A DNA stretch of 63,320 bases, filler included, from Sphacelaria rigidula (taxonomy: Eukaryota): NCBI GenBank assembly GCA_964200075.2. It is 7 parts of 7 records of this genome, joined end to end, with 100 filler letters (N's around TTAATTAATTAA, not from the genome) between each part and the next. Parts side by side here need not be neighbours in the genome. Positions count along the whole stretch, not along the records: positions 45,301 to 54,260 come from CAXNAA020009648.1; positions 54,361 to 63,320 come from CAXNAA020009649.1; 5 more parts are not named here. One strand, 5' to 3'. Below the pieces are notes generated by a model. That model saw nothing but the letters and a program-made list of their open reading frames with translations, was not told the DNA's origin and searched no databases. A program made the translations under genes and the position numbers. Position 1 is the first letter of the stretch. Every line of letters begins with the position of its first letter. Positions 50,240 through 62,953 of this stretch are shown in pieces.

Positions 50240-51060
50240 CAAGCTGGGCCGACCGGAAAGCTCACAATGTGTCAGATCGCCATATCTCTACTTCCTCTAG
50301 GTTGTAGCTCGAACCGGAAACATTGCTGCAATTGGTGAACTCATGCGCTGAAGCTCAAACCCTCCAGATCCCGCAGAGAGCACGTTCTGCACTTGAAGGA
50401 TTTCTGACCAATCACAGCCCGCTATGGTGCGGCGTAATTGAGGCGCGAAACGATCATTTTCGTTAAATTAAAAAAAAAAAACGCGGTGCAATCAAGTGTT
50501 ACAGCAGACGACAGCTCAGCAGCGCAGCAGTTTCTCCCCTGCAAGAGCTCTCTGCTGGCCAGATATCATGCAGTGGGTGAAGACCACTCCCCCTGCAGCT
50601 GTCCTAACTGTACTTCCTTGCAATCACCATCCACCGTAAGGAGCACTCACAAAAGGCAACATAATTCGAGACTTTCTCGTTGATTTTTATGCAGGCACTT
50701 GCAGGTTTTCCATGGAATTCCTGAGGAAAAGCGTCCATCGCAAGATTCGCCGTGCCCCACTCACTTTTGGGAATTGAAACCTGAAATTTTGCCACGCGAT
50801 TGAGAGCAGTGTGATGAAAATAAAACTTGGAGGTCGGAAAAAAAAAAAAATCTTGCCGACTTACGGTCGAACTAAGGAAGTTCAGGATCACATCATTGAC
50901 AAAAAGTATAGAAAAAAACTTTTTTTATTTTGCGACCTCCTAGTAATTTGTTCAGCAAACGGCTCTGAATCACGTGTCCAAATTTCAGACCCGAACTCCA
51001 AAAACTGAGCGGGGCACAGCGATATTGGTTAAATGCTGGCGTTTTCGTCGGCCCAGCTTG
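50240..51060. mobile_element. Tc1/mariner-like non-autonomous element
   Basis: TA|CAAGCTGGGCCGAC...GTCGGCCCAGCTTG|TA. The TIR is related to the elements at 1903 and 58726. Confidence 0.7.
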
Positions 51061-52114
51061 TATAACAGTTCTTTTTCTTAGTCCGGTACTTTGTGGTTTC
51101 TGACAAAATGCAACCGACCAACGGGACAGCAACGTATTGTCGGGCCCCAGAAAACCAAGATTATAAAAGCGGTGATGGACACGAATGCGTAATGTTGCTA
51201 GATCGGACAATCAGATCAAGTTTGAATTTCCGAATATGTTACCGACGGCGCCAGTTTTGAGCATGTAGGTAGCCTAGTACAGTAGAGATGTGCTCCGCTC
51301 CATCCACTCCGGATGTCCTCTCCGTTCGACTCCAATCCTATTAGTGCAGGGTTTTGAATGTGCTGCAGCCAGAGCAAACCATGAAGGCTGTGACCTTCAC
51401 ACGGTACGTGATTGTTTGATGCGAGATGTTTACATCTTCATGTGCCCTGGAGCGGGTGATATACTGCAAGTGCTGCATGAGTGGAGGTGAGCTGCAAGCA
51501 GTGCATTACAGCGTCTCATGCGACAATTCTGATGTAAACGCATACCTGTAGCAGTACCAATCCAACAAGGATGAGGGGCTTCATGTGTGCGTAGTCTCCT
51601 CCAGTATTTTCATTTCAGTAGGTAGTACGATGCTTGTTTGGGTACGTGAACTGCTTGCTCAACATCATCTGACTGTCACCGTATTTACCACCCTCTCCCG
51701 AAATCGTACCGTGGCCAACTCTACAGATTTCACGAAGCAGCTAGCCGCGAACGTACTGTGATACATCTGTGGAACATATTCAAAGCTATTCCCCCGAAGA
51801 TTTGTCGCTCGATTCTACGCACTCCAGCGCAAACCTGCTGACGGGATACGTCGCAAACAGAGCGAAACCGCTGATAGTACAGCCGAACCGAAGTCATCTT
51901 CCACCCTGACGAGCGCTTCAGATGGATGTTGCGGTGTTGCGGTTTCGTATCAGCTGGGCTAAAAATTAGGAGAGGCGCATCCCCTGCAATGTGGCATGTG
52001 CGGTATGATATAAATCACCGAAGCCGACAAACAAATGGGGTCCGTTTTTGTCGCCGCTAGGCAAGGGTACACGAACAAAGGCACACCGCACACATCCCCC
52101 CTCCCCCCCACACC

Positions 52115-52164
52115 CAATGGTCAAACGACTAAGGCAAGCAACAAATGAGTACGCCCCCCCCCCC
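52115..52164 (+). mobile_element. Severely 5'-truncated poly(C)-tailed element (subfamily A) with a TSD
   Basis: CCCCCCCACACC|CAATGGTCAAACGACTAAGGCAAGCAACAAATGAGTACG(C)n|CCCCCCCACACC. Confidence 0.8.
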
Positions 52165-52299
52165 ACACCCCGCGAGGGCCGAAGTCGATTTTGTTTTTAT
52201 CTTGTTCACATCTCTGTTTCCTCGTTGTATTTCCCCCCTCAATCCGTGTGTTCACTGCACGTTACCCCTCAAGCGCATTCTAGATACCTACTTGTTGGA

Positions 52300-54160
52300 A
52301 ACACCTATATGCTGATGATGCTACATGCTGACGGTGGCACGCTTGGCTTGCTTCAACACTCGTGGTTGGGGACGATCCCCGACCGAAAACATCTCCTGCA
52401 ACAGCGATTGCCTCCCGAGTTGCATGGCGAGGATTGCCAAGTCAAAAAAGTTCACCCCTATTGCGTCATTTGGCGCTGTACGTACCGCTCACCGCCTGGT
52501 CTAGCTTGTGCAAGATGGCGTTTCACCTCACAGACAAGCCGTCTCGCTGCAACTGACCCGTTGACGTTCGAACACCACACACGTCATGGTCTGCCAAGTA
52601 AATGAAGATGCGCTTGGCGAGTGCCAAGCGACGATGGGAAACTTTCCACTTTTCCTGACATGTTCCAGGTTGGAGAGCTTCTACACTTCAAACCTTCCCT
52701 TCAACCTGCGCAACGTTCCTCGTCTTTGGTATGGAGAAAATACTCTAGAGCAACGATATTTGCCCCCCTCGTGCTCTGCCTCCAGCGCTGATCGCTGAAT
52801 CAAGCCTGCTCGGAGACGGAAAAAGCGCAGAGGACACACCGCTTGTGAGGAAAAAAAAATCTGAAGCGAGGGTGCGCTGGTGCGGGACATTACGAACAGA
52901 ACTCCGATGCGTATCCAACGTCAAAGGATGACAGCAGCCCTCGAGTGTTGCAAGTGCGTTCTACGTGACAGTTTCATCCTAGGTGGCCTCACCTCTGGAA
53001 GCGCTCGTGTACTTCATGTCCATGCACGGGGTACATGTTCCTCCTGCTTGTTCCATCGTCACTGCACATCCTGTGCTCGGGGTGCCGCGGGAGACGATTG
53101 CCGTTGCATGAAGGAACATGCGATTCGGATATACCCGAGCCTCCATCGACACTCCCTGGTTGGCGGTACCATGCAGGCCGACGGTTAGTTTGGATGAGAA
53201 CAGGCTCCCGGACCTCCGGAGATAGTCCCGCGCAGTAGGTAAGGGGTTGAGCACGCGTCTCAGGCAGCATGGCGGGGGGGGCACTGTCGTTGCCTGCCTT
53301 GAACCCTCCTTCAACGTTAGAAATGTACTTTGTCAATCCCACTGTCCGCGCTGGCACCACCTTCAGGCCTGCTCGGAATTCCCTCCGGAAGCACATCAAA
53401 GTCTCTTCCCGCGCCCACACTACTTCTGGCCTCCGTCACCACCGTTGACCCCTTCGCGGCGTCTTTGATGCTTGCAGCTGGCAACAGCTAGAAAAATGAC
53501 AACGTTGTGGTGTTCGTCGCCGCCGCTTGAACAGCTTGCCTGGCGATGTGATCAATATCAGTTGATCGGCCGCTCTAGAGAGCTCCAAAATGTTCTGTGG
53601 ACTCTTTTTCAAATGCATTGGAGCGGGAGGGGTAGCGTCTTTAGCTTCGTACACGGCGCAATGTGCGTGCAGCGGCGACGATATGCAACGGGTGACAAAA
53701 AGAAATACGAACTCTCCATAATGTGTAAAAAATCTACAGCATCTGTGTCGCCGTTGGTTGGAGTCCTCGTGCCGCTACATGTGCGTTCGGCTCCATCTCT
53801 GTAGATCAAATCCCAGATCTCTCACGCACTTGCAAGGCCACTTGCCACTCCTGCCTCTCGTGATGATTCTTGCTACAGCCGTCGCTGCACTGCTCTCGTG
53901 GGTAGTATTGCACTTGTTCATGCTGCCGCCACTGTTCATGCGGCGCTGGTTCACGAGGCAGAGGATGCGCGCCATGAACACAATCAAGTCTTCACTTCCC
54001 TGTACTCACTCCTTGTGCTTCTCGGAAAGCTCATGCTGCGCCTCGGCTGCATCTTCTCCGGAACCCTCGCCGAAGCTGTGCCCGCAGAAGCGACTCACAC
54101 CGGACTATCGAATGGCTTCTGGCAGACGCGCTGCAGCCAGGCCTTTTCATCGAAGGGGGC
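52300..54160 (-). pseudogene. Possible decayed coding relic (LTR-retrotransposon gag-like?)
   Basis: Stop-riddled minus-strand peptide AEAQHELSEKHKE*VQGSEDLIVFMARILCLVNQ loosely recalls copia gag helices. No diagnostic motif is seen. Confidence 0.2.
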
Positions 54161-54190
54161 GAGGGTTATGTCTCCCCCCCCCCCCGGAGG

Positions 54191-54260
54191 CTCTTGCTCC
54201 GTCTCGAAAGGGATGCGTGGTCAATGGTCAAACGACTAAGGCAAGCAACAAATGAGTACG
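54191..54260 (+). mobile_element. 3' end of poly(C)-tailed element (subfamily A)
   Basis: Preceded by a C-run plus GGAGG. The last 51 nt are identical to window positions 1-51. Confidence 0.8.
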
Positions 54261-54360
54261 NNNNNNNNNNNNNNNNNNNNNNNNNNNNNNNNNNNNNNNN
54301 NNNNTTAATTAATTAANNNNNNNNNNNNNNNNNNNNNNNNNNNNNNNNNNNNNNNNNNNN
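54261..54360. other. Artificial contig linker
   Basis: N44-TTAATTAATTAA-N44. Confidence 0.98.
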
Positions 54361-54482
54361 GGGGGAGGGCGGGGGGGGGATACTCATTTGTTGCTTGCCT
54401 TAGTCGTTTGACCATTGACCACGCATCCCTGTCGAGACGGAGCAAGAGCAAGCAAGCAGGGGGGGATGGGGGGGGGGGGGGG
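54361..54482 (-). mobile_element. 5'-truncated poly(C)-tailed element (subfamily A), with C-runs on both sides
   Basis: Minus strand: C-run, then GCTCTTGCTCCGTCTCGACAGGGATGCGTGG...AAATGAGTAT, then C-run. Confidence 0.8.
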
Positions 54483-57400
54483 AAACTTCCGCAAATTTCG
54501 TTCAGAAAAGCATAATGCCACCAAGACACAGCCGCATGCGCCGCCCACGGCACGTTCAACCTAAGGACGCATGCACTACTTTTGATGCCATCAGCACTGC
54601 TGTTCAGTACTCTTTGAAGATATTTGGTCCCCATAATAAAGCGGCAATGCCGCTGGCGGTGCCCCGTCCACGAATATGTATGACGCGCGGCATATGTGTA
54701 GCAATTTTTTGATCCTTGTAAGCCTTGTAGTTTCACCGAAGACAACTATTTGGAACCACCGCCAAAAAAAACTAAAAAAAACGAACTATTGGTGCATGGA
54801 CGCCAAAAGGGTAATCCTGAATTTGAGGCCCGGTTTTCTGACTAGCTTAACATTCATGCTGGCGGATCTGTTATTGGCGGGTTTCGACATTGATATAATT
54901 GACCATTTTTTGCAACCCGTTGTTCCAAGCCATTATAAGAGTTTCAGCCTGAAAAAGAATGAACGGAACGGTAAACAAGAACATGACGGGGATCGTGACG
55001 GTTTTGTAGCTATCGAATGGTGCGCAAGAGATGGATAAACACAGTACTGCACCTAACCGTGCGAGGTCTACTGCTCCCGATGCAGTAACACGCCTGAATA
55101 AAGCTTGTTCACTGACTGACTACGGTGCATCCTTTACGAGTTGGATCAAACCAGCACTGGATGGGAGCATACATTTTAAGTAGCTGTGACGCAGTCGAAA
55201 CGACGCAAATGATGCTCAAATACTCCCGCTTCCATTTTGATATTTCGCCACTGTTGGTGTTGCTCAACCCCTACTGAACCAATTTCCGTGAAGGATAAGC
55301 TTCTTCAACTTAGCTGAGAGAGGACTCGCGTCAAAGGAAATGCTCTTGTGCTTAGCACTCCACAAACGCTGGTACGAGCGGTCGTTCATTGAGGAGCCTT
55401 TGGAGCATTTGGTATCCATCGCAAACCAGTTCCTGTAGCATGCCTTGCTCGGTGAAGTTACCGTTCGTTCCCTCGGTCATTTTTTTTTTTGAACCCAGGT
55501 CTTCCCAAAACAGGGAACGAACCGATCAAGATTAGGCGCCATTATTGCAGAATTGGGGTCAAAACACGACATCATGAGTGATAAACTGTGCTGTCTGACT
55601 GTCGTATTTTGAACAGTGGAATTCCCTGTCTCACTGACTGCAATTCCTGCTGTGCGGAAAACGGCTCTGCCTGAGTGCCTTGTGTTTCATTGAAAATCCC
55701 AATACCAGTGACTACGCTTTTCTGCTGTGCAAAGTGTATCGTGTAGAAGTCATGGATCCATGAGACGTAAGCCAATCTTCATGCAGCTATTAATCGAACG
55801 CCCTGCTTAGTCTTCCCTGCGTGTTGCTGACTCCCTGCTATGGATTATTTCAATCATTCAGGTGGTCTCCTCTCCCACAGGAATGAGGCCCCCGTTTACT
55901 TTTGGGTTTTGCTGCTGTTGTACCGTAGGCATAAGCTGAGATATAGTACCCCCTACCGATGTGTCGAGCGACACTCGATGTTTCAAGAGTCCAGACCCTG
56001 CAAACTTTGGGCATTCCACACGTACCGAATAGCGAGATCAGTTTCTCGTAGACAAGAGTACCCCACTTTTCTGGCGACTCTGCCGCACTTTTCAAGCAGT
56101 CAAAGTTTGAAAACTATTATGAGGAAGTAAGAATAGCACCCATCCTGTTGCTGTCAGAGATTTCCAAGATGGATTGCCAAATGGTTATGGAATGTTTTGT
56201 ACCGTGACATGAGTATCGGGGGTTCATCGACAATTCAAAACCAGTCCCAACGACTGGCGAGAAGTGTCCCCTACTATTTCTAGTGTCGTGTGAAGAAGTG
56301 GTCGGTTTGATGACAGAAAATAGGAAGCTTGGAGCTTCACGTTGACCAGATCTACACTCTCATTGAGATATGGTAAATGCCACAGGTAGATGCACTGCTG
56401 GACAGGTATGATCTAATGCATGTACGATCCACAACTTGTCTCAATCGCTTCGCGGTGACGCACGTACCAAAAACAGTCTATGTTTAGGACCTTTGTGCAT
56501 CTCTGAGGCGTCATTTTAGAGTATTAAAATGCGGACTGCATATGCCCTGGATTGACTCACGCGGAGCACACCTCAACGCAACGTCACACACACCGAAATA
56601 AATTGAAATTGGAAGCGCCCTGGACACAAGGCAATCTATACAATGAACCGTGCGAGATTTCTCGTTGTGATTATCGCGATTACTTCCGTAGAGAAGGGGA
56701 TGCCACCCTCAAACTGGAAGCAAACGCAAGCTTACGTATTTCTGGTAGGATTGTCTCGCAGTGTGTTCTTGAATCTCTGAGTGCCCCCCCCCTCCTATTT
56801 CGTTGTTATCCGTTATTCTACAGTGCGCCGAATGCATCAACTCTAGGGATTTATTGATGACCTAGGACCTAAAATAAGAGACGCAGCCTTAGCTTTGATC
56901 AAATGATCAACGTCTCATCGTACTTCGGTCATGGTTTATCTCTGCTGCAATCGGTACAAAGTGGCAGGAGCATGCAACATGTATGTTCAGACCCGCGGTC
57001 AGGAGGGTTGAGCAGCCTGTGTGCACCTACCCGAGGACATCGTGATTGCCAGTTTTGGCTGCAATGTTCGCTTGTGTTCAGACCTCATGCCGTGTTGAAC
57101 GAGGCTTAACCATCACAAATAGTGGTGCGATACTATGTATTTAGAGTGGAGGAGCAAGATACACTAAATGGAATGTTTCATGGGGATCGGAGGGCATCCG
57201 AAATCTCGTTTTGAGACGCGATCAATTTATGCGGTTTCGATCTGTTTTGTGTTGATAAAGCACCGGAGAAAAGAATGTCTGTGGAATTACGAGCCACCTC
57301 CAACAACACTGCCGGCATAGCACGCATTGAGAAGCCGAAATCCACCACACCTCTCTGGGCAAAGCTACCTTTGCTGGCACGGATAGGTTCGCGGTGTCAG

Positions 57401-57825
57401 TCTACATCTATTTCGTAATGAGTTGTGTTTGGCAGGGTTCGAAGAAATTCCATGTGTCTTGGCCAGCCTCCAACGCGTCCGTCACGCACACTATGGTACA
57501 AGGTTGGTTGCAAGTTGGTTGCACGGGGTTATTCACATCGTTCTCAAATTTCATCATGGGTAGAAAGCCATACGTTGCGTGTTCGTGTCCGTGGTGTTCA
57601 TTCAATATGTCGCATTATTATAGCAGCCAGCTCCTCTTAAAACTACGACTTACCTGATATAAGTCTCAAAAATATTTGTTCAACATAGGAGCCGTGTGCA
57701 AAAATTGAACCCAACTCACCTATGGCCAAACCGTGAGGGTAAGATGGAGAGTTGTCAAGGGGGATTTCGTATAGTGATGTGGTAGGCCACCTGCGGCTTT
57801 AGCAGCATGAACAGTTTAACTCTTA

Positions 57826-58208
57826 CAAGGACAGGTCGGGTAGGGTATACTCAATACTCGGTATCTAGAAAAGTCATACTCTTAGTACCGAAACATTTGG
57901 GTAGAGTTTTGAAATCGTACCTAATCTACCCAAGATTTGGGTAGCAGAGTATTTTTGATCGTACCCAAGATACCCAAGTTTTGGGGACAATATCGAGATC
58001 ATACCCGAGTGATACTCTATACCCGGGTATTGCTGAGAGCGCTTCGTCCAAATTTGGGTAGAGTACTTGAGGTCGTGCCCAATCTACCCAAAGTTTGGGT
58101 AGGGTATTTGCGGCCGCACCCTACCTTCCCAAACCTTGGGTCGAGTAAATACCCGGGTATCCTACCCGAGTATTCAAAATGACATACCCTACCCCCGACC
58201 TGCCCTTG
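57826..58208. mobile_element. hAT-like MITE with GGGTA/TACCC subterminal motifs
   Basis: CAAGGACAGGTCGGG...CCCGACCTGCCCTTG, the same TIR as 3060-3253. No TSD is retained. Confidence 0.65.
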
Positions 58209-58725
58209 CCCTTTTCGACCAAAAACATGCGGAGGAAAGGTACGAAGGGGCACTTGCTTGACTCCTAACTTGCAGACCACCACGCTAGATAACGCCCGTC
58301 CACATAATCATGCAAACTTCACGCAGCTCATTCTCAGCTACCACCACAACCCTGCAGCATAGAGCACGAATTGGGCACAGTGATAGGTACACTGCAGTAG
58401 TTGGGTATTACGTGTGCGTGTGTGTTTTTTCTTGGCGAAAACTTGAGCATCTTCTTTCATGGTAGGGATACGGAACTGCGCAGTAGGATGGGCGACCGAC
58501 TTGCGTACATTCATGGATAGTGCAGGCAGTACAAAGCTGCACGTTGTTCAAGTCCTTTTCACGTTGCACTGTAAGCGGAGTACATGTAGTCCTGCGCTGT
58601 CTGCACTGCACATTTCCCGCTTCTCTTCCAGACCCTACTGTATGAAACACGCACACACCCTTCGGTACACTGTATGCAATCAGCGCAGACGGTATAGTCC
58701 TGTACTGTAGACAAGCGAACAAGTA

Positions 58726-59301
58726 CGAGCTGGGCCAGCCAAGAGTAGGTCTGAATCTCGCTCAGGCGACGCACGGCGTGATATCAGGAGTTGGACGCTG
58801 ACATTTTGACAGCAGTTTTTTATGATCGAAATGCAGAAGATGATGTGAGCAAAAAAAAAAAAAGTTGCAGGCAGTTGAAATTTCAAGATAATGTCATAAG
58901 TTCAGGGAAAATATGAGAATCTGCAGCTGGACACGTGAAGTATCATTTCCTTGGGTGCAGAAGGTATCCCTGAAATTTCAGCTCAAGAGTCGTTCGAATT
59001 GGGCCGTGCGTTCAACATTTTCCGTGACGCTGCTGCACCCCTATGAATCAAGTGATGGGAGGCCCCAATGATGGAGGTCATGAGTTCGAATCCCGACATA
59101 TTATATATATTTTTTTGTCCGTCGTTAAGGTCATACATTATGAAATACATTTTTTTCTTCTTCTTTTTATTCAGCGGCGGTGCCGTGTGTCACCAGGTTG
59201 GTCTACACTTCGCAGTGATATGCTCACATCGGGTTCATTCGGGAAACTGGGGAAGCTGTGGTGTGACCAAGTTTTAGCAGCTTTTAAGCTGGCCCAGCTC
59301 G
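58726..59301. mobile_element. Tc1/mariner-like MITE
   Basis: TA|CGAGCTGGGCCAGC...GCTGGCCCAGCTCG|TA, a perfect 14-bp TIR. Confidence 0.8.
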
Positions 59302-59449
59302 TACCACTTCACGAGGTTCACTCTCTTTTTTCGATCGAAAGCTTGCAAATTCGCTTGAACCCAACTCGCGAGAAATGGACGAATTCGCTCAAAATAATTC
59401 CACCGCACTTTCATTTCATCGAGATGTGATGTGCGACGACACGGACTTA

Positions 59450-59891
59450 CCCAATAGATGGTACAGTATTGATATCGTCCCCAATCAACCCAAAATCTGG
59501 GCAGTAGAGTATTTTAGACCGTACCTAACATACTCAAATTTTCGAAAGAGTATTGAGGTCATAGTAAGGTGATACTCTATACCCAGGTATTGCTGAGAGT
59601 GCTTTACCCAGATTTTGGTATAGTATTTGAGACCGTACCCAATCTACCCAGATTTTGGGCAGGGTATTGAGGTCATACCCACGTAATACTCTATACCCAG
59701 GTATTGGTGAGAGTGTTTTACCTCAATTGGGTATAATTGGGTAGGGTGTTCGAGGTCGTACCCAATCTACCCGAAATTTGGGTAGAGAGTATTTGAGGCC
59801 GTACCCAATCTACTCAAACCTTGGGTAGAGTCAATACCCGGGTATTTTACCCGAGTATTCAAAAGTACATACCTTGCCCGACCTGCCCTTG
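59450..59891. mobile_element. hAT-like MITE, partial (one TIR)
   Basis: TACCC motif array ending CCCGACCTGCCCTTG, homologous to 57826-58208. Confidence 0.6.
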
Positions 59892-60813
59892 AAACCGCGT
59901 ACAGGGAAATGGCCGAAACGCAACCAAAGGTTTTTTTTTTCTGTGTCAATGAACAATGCGGCTTTTCGTGCCGACTGAAACAGAGGTGCATTGTGAATCA
60001 AATCTCCGGATATACGCCGGCGTATGCCGTGTCACCGAGCCCACGCCGTGTAGTATGACATGGGCAATGCCGTTGTGCCTACGGTGGATATATGGTGGAA
60101 CTGCGGACTCTTAGAGCGTCGAGCGGACAGAAGCACGTGCGTGGTACTTGCTTTGTTGTTTCAACGTTTTGGGGGTTGTGGCTCCTTATCTTCGAGCCAG
60201 TATATCACGAGGGAGCCTATTGTTTCCCCACGAGTGTATATTCCTGGAGACCCTAAATGGTGCTGTAGTACTCTATAGTTGATCACAACCGAACATATTT
60301 CTGGTTATACGATAACCAAGGCCACCCCACCAACTCCACGCCGCGTTCTGTGATGTAGTCAAAGTGCCATGCCAACGGTTCAGGTCTGAAAGAGGTTTGG
60401 AGGCTCAGACGGTGGCGTGCTAGGTCACTGCTCGCCCCCCCGCAAATTTCCACAAACGCGCCACGTAGCGGTTGTCCATGAGATATGCTCAAAATATTAA
60501 AAAAAAAAAACTCTGTAACCTTTATGCCAGGGCTGAAAAGGAACGAGAAAAAGGCAGGGGCCAGTTTTCAACCCCTGATAGCCCCCTCACTGATGCTAAG
60601 AGAATCTACCTTGGCATAGGTAGCAGGTTCACGTATTATCTAATTGCTGACTCCTACATCCAGGCATTCCCAATCTACGCCCATGTACGTCTTTCGAGGA
60701 GTATTGTCCTTTTCCTCTCGCCTATGATATATATAACACAACGTCGGTGCCCCCCTGTTTTCTCTGTTCCTTGTCCTACACCTATTTTTACTGCTCGCTC
60801 AACTTACACGCAG

Positions 60814-60914
60814 AAGGTTCATGCGTAGGGCTATTGCGCCCTTCCTCTCCACGGCAAATGTGGCATCTTGTCCCCCCGGGGAGCCCGCCCTCGGCACCTG
60901 ACCTACACAGCAAG
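60814..60914 (+). CDS. Possible upstream exon of the Ser/Gly-rich protein
   Basis: acgcag|...AAG|gtacag, open frame, phase 0 into 61565. Confidence 0.35.
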
Positions 60915-61564
60915 GTACAGCAATTTTACAAACCAACTTATGTTCTTATGGAGCCAGAGTTTGAATCGGCTGCAAGTTTGGAGCGTCTTTTCCGTTTCAC
61001 GGAGTGCTGAGTATTGTGTCCGTCTTCTACATCAGTTCATATTGATTTGCCGTACAGTGCGTGGTAGAGCTCTAATAGTGATCGGCGCTTCGGTATGGAC
61101 TGCCGACCAAAACTCGCCACTCGAGTACACTCGAGTCCCACAAGAAAATAACCATCGTAGCGACGTGTGTATCCGTCCAAACCTTGAAATATCGCAAAAT
61201 GGCACCGGCAAGCTCCTTGGTTGGCATGGCTTGCACCTATTTGTTTTGCTCAGTCACCATCCGAGGGGGGCGAATACGCACCATTTTCCCCAAGAGTTTA
61301 TTTTCAACGTGACGAGTACACGAAAAAAGGGGTCGTATTCCTCTGAAAGTGCGGGAGTTCTTGTTTGATGCCAACTTGTACAGCTTACACCTCCTTATGA
61401 TGCCGTCAGTACACCAGGTGAACAGGGAACACGAAACAACCCAATCTGAAGAAAGAAATCCTCCCACTACCGACACTACATCGTTGATCGCAAGCCTAAC
61501 TCCCAGCGTGGCGGCTGCTCTCTACTAACTTTCCACGCGCAATTGTCAACACACATTCGAACAG

Positions 61565-62953
61565 GCAAGAAACAAGCCCTTCATTCTCCTGCAAAGTCTC
61601 GAGCCGCCTCGGGGTCCCGACTACTTTCCAATAGAACGATTCAGGGGCTCCGGTGTGGCGTGGCCAAGCCGTGACATTGACATCAATAGCTCGGGAACAC
61701 CGGACGACCGGAGCGGCGGCGGCGGCTTCAAACGCTTCTCCAGTGGCGGCGGTAGTCAACCGGCGACAGGTCTTAATTTCACATCGCGAAATTCTCAAAC
61801 CGATGTCCGCCGTGATCGTATGAACGACACCGATGGGCAATCCTCCAGCAGTGGGGGAGGGGTCACCGGGTTCCAACATCACCGTCCGGGAAGATTCCGA
61901 TCTCCCGATCACCATGAGAATAACACCCCCTCTTCCTCCTTATCTTATTCGTCGCAAGCCCGTCGGGGAGATTCGATTGTAGGTTTGGTCGACAGCCGTC
62001 ACACCGCCGCCGCTACCTCCAGCGGAATACTGACACCGGCAAGATCCTCTGGCCGTGGCGGTGGCTCTCAGCAGGGGTTCAGCCTTTTTGGCGGAGCGGT
62101 GTTGTCCACCCCCGGCAGCACCGGCCATGATACGCAGATCTGCGGCGGAACTCCACTGTCTTCTTCCTCTGTGATCGACTCGCACGGTGGCGGTGATGTC
62201 GAAGGTGGTGGCGGCGGCGGCAGCGGCCACTGTAGTGGTATGTCTCGCATGTCGGCATCTCCTGCGCCCCCCACACCTCACTTCCACGATCCAATATCCT
62301 CCAACCGTAGTTTAAGCACACCTCATTTCAACGATGCTACATCCTCGAACCGTAGATTAAGTGGCTCAGGTGGCCTTCATGGCATTTCTGGAGATGGGTC
62401 CAGTACATCATCACCTGCCCCCTCGGCCACCCCCTTCTCCGCCGCTGGAGGTGGGGGTTCCGGCGAAACCGAGAGGAGTTTTGGCGCCGAGAGCGGGAGA
62501 TCTGAGCGAGTAAGAGCCCTGGACGGGCTGCTTGCGACCCCCGCGACAGCAGCAGCGTCGAGCACGCCGTCGAGCAATACTCCCAGTGGTATGAAGAGAC
62601 CTCGACCGTCGCCGCCGGCGCCGGCGCCGCCACCGCCACCGCTATTCGCTATCCAAAGATCGTCAACTGGTGCATACTCTGAGTCGCAAAATGCCCCATC
62701 GGCAGCAGCACCTGCGTTAGGTACGCCGGTACTTCTTGGGAACGCGAAGCAATCTCCCCCCCCTGCTCCTCAGTTTTCTTCTTCCGAGATCCGGAGATCC
62801 GAGGCTCGTTCTTGGGAAACATCCTCCGAACGTTCCTGGGGAAGCGTGGAAAACAACAATAGCGGTCGGAGGAGGGGTGGGTCTCCCGCCCCCGCTGGAA
62901 GCGGCCGGACTCAGCAGCAATTGCAAAAGCAAACCCACAAAAGTCCCAAATAG
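61565..62953 (+). CDS. Large exon of an uncharacterised low-complexity Ser/Gly/Pro-rich (disordered) protein
   Basis: gaacag|GCA opens a ~460-codon frame with many SP/TP sites. It ends at a TAG, but similar composition continues in frame to about 63200. Confidence 0.65.
   Translation, partial: ARNKPFILLQSLEPPRGPDYFPIERFRGSGVAWPSRDIDINSSGTPDDRSGGGGFKRFSSGGGSQPATGLNFTSRNSQTDVRRDRMNDTDGQSSSSGGGVTGFQHHRPGRFRSPDHHENNTPSSSLSYSSQARRGDSIVGLVDSRHTAAATSSGILTPARSSGRGGGSQQGFSLFGGAVLSTPGSTGHDTQICGGTPLSSSSVIDSHGGGDVEGGGGGGSGHCSGMSRMSASPAPPTPHFHDPISSNRSLSTPHFNDATSSNRRLSGSGGLHGISGDGSSTSSPAPSATPFSAAGGGGSGETERSFGAESGRSERVRALDGLLATPATAAASSTPSSNTPSGMKRPRPSPPAPAPPPPPLFAIQRSSTGAYSESQNAPSAAAPALGTPVLLGNAKQSPPPAPQFSSSEIRRSEARSWETSSERSWGSVENNNSGRRRGGSPAPAGSGRTQQQLQKQTHKSPK

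Noticed and set aside
55000-57700. Possible decayed retroelement coding region (similar suspicion at 14000-15400, 24000-24600 and 33400-33800)
   Set aside because: Sequence complexity looks coding-like, but I found no RT, integrase or transposase motif. It would need BLASTX or an HMM search.
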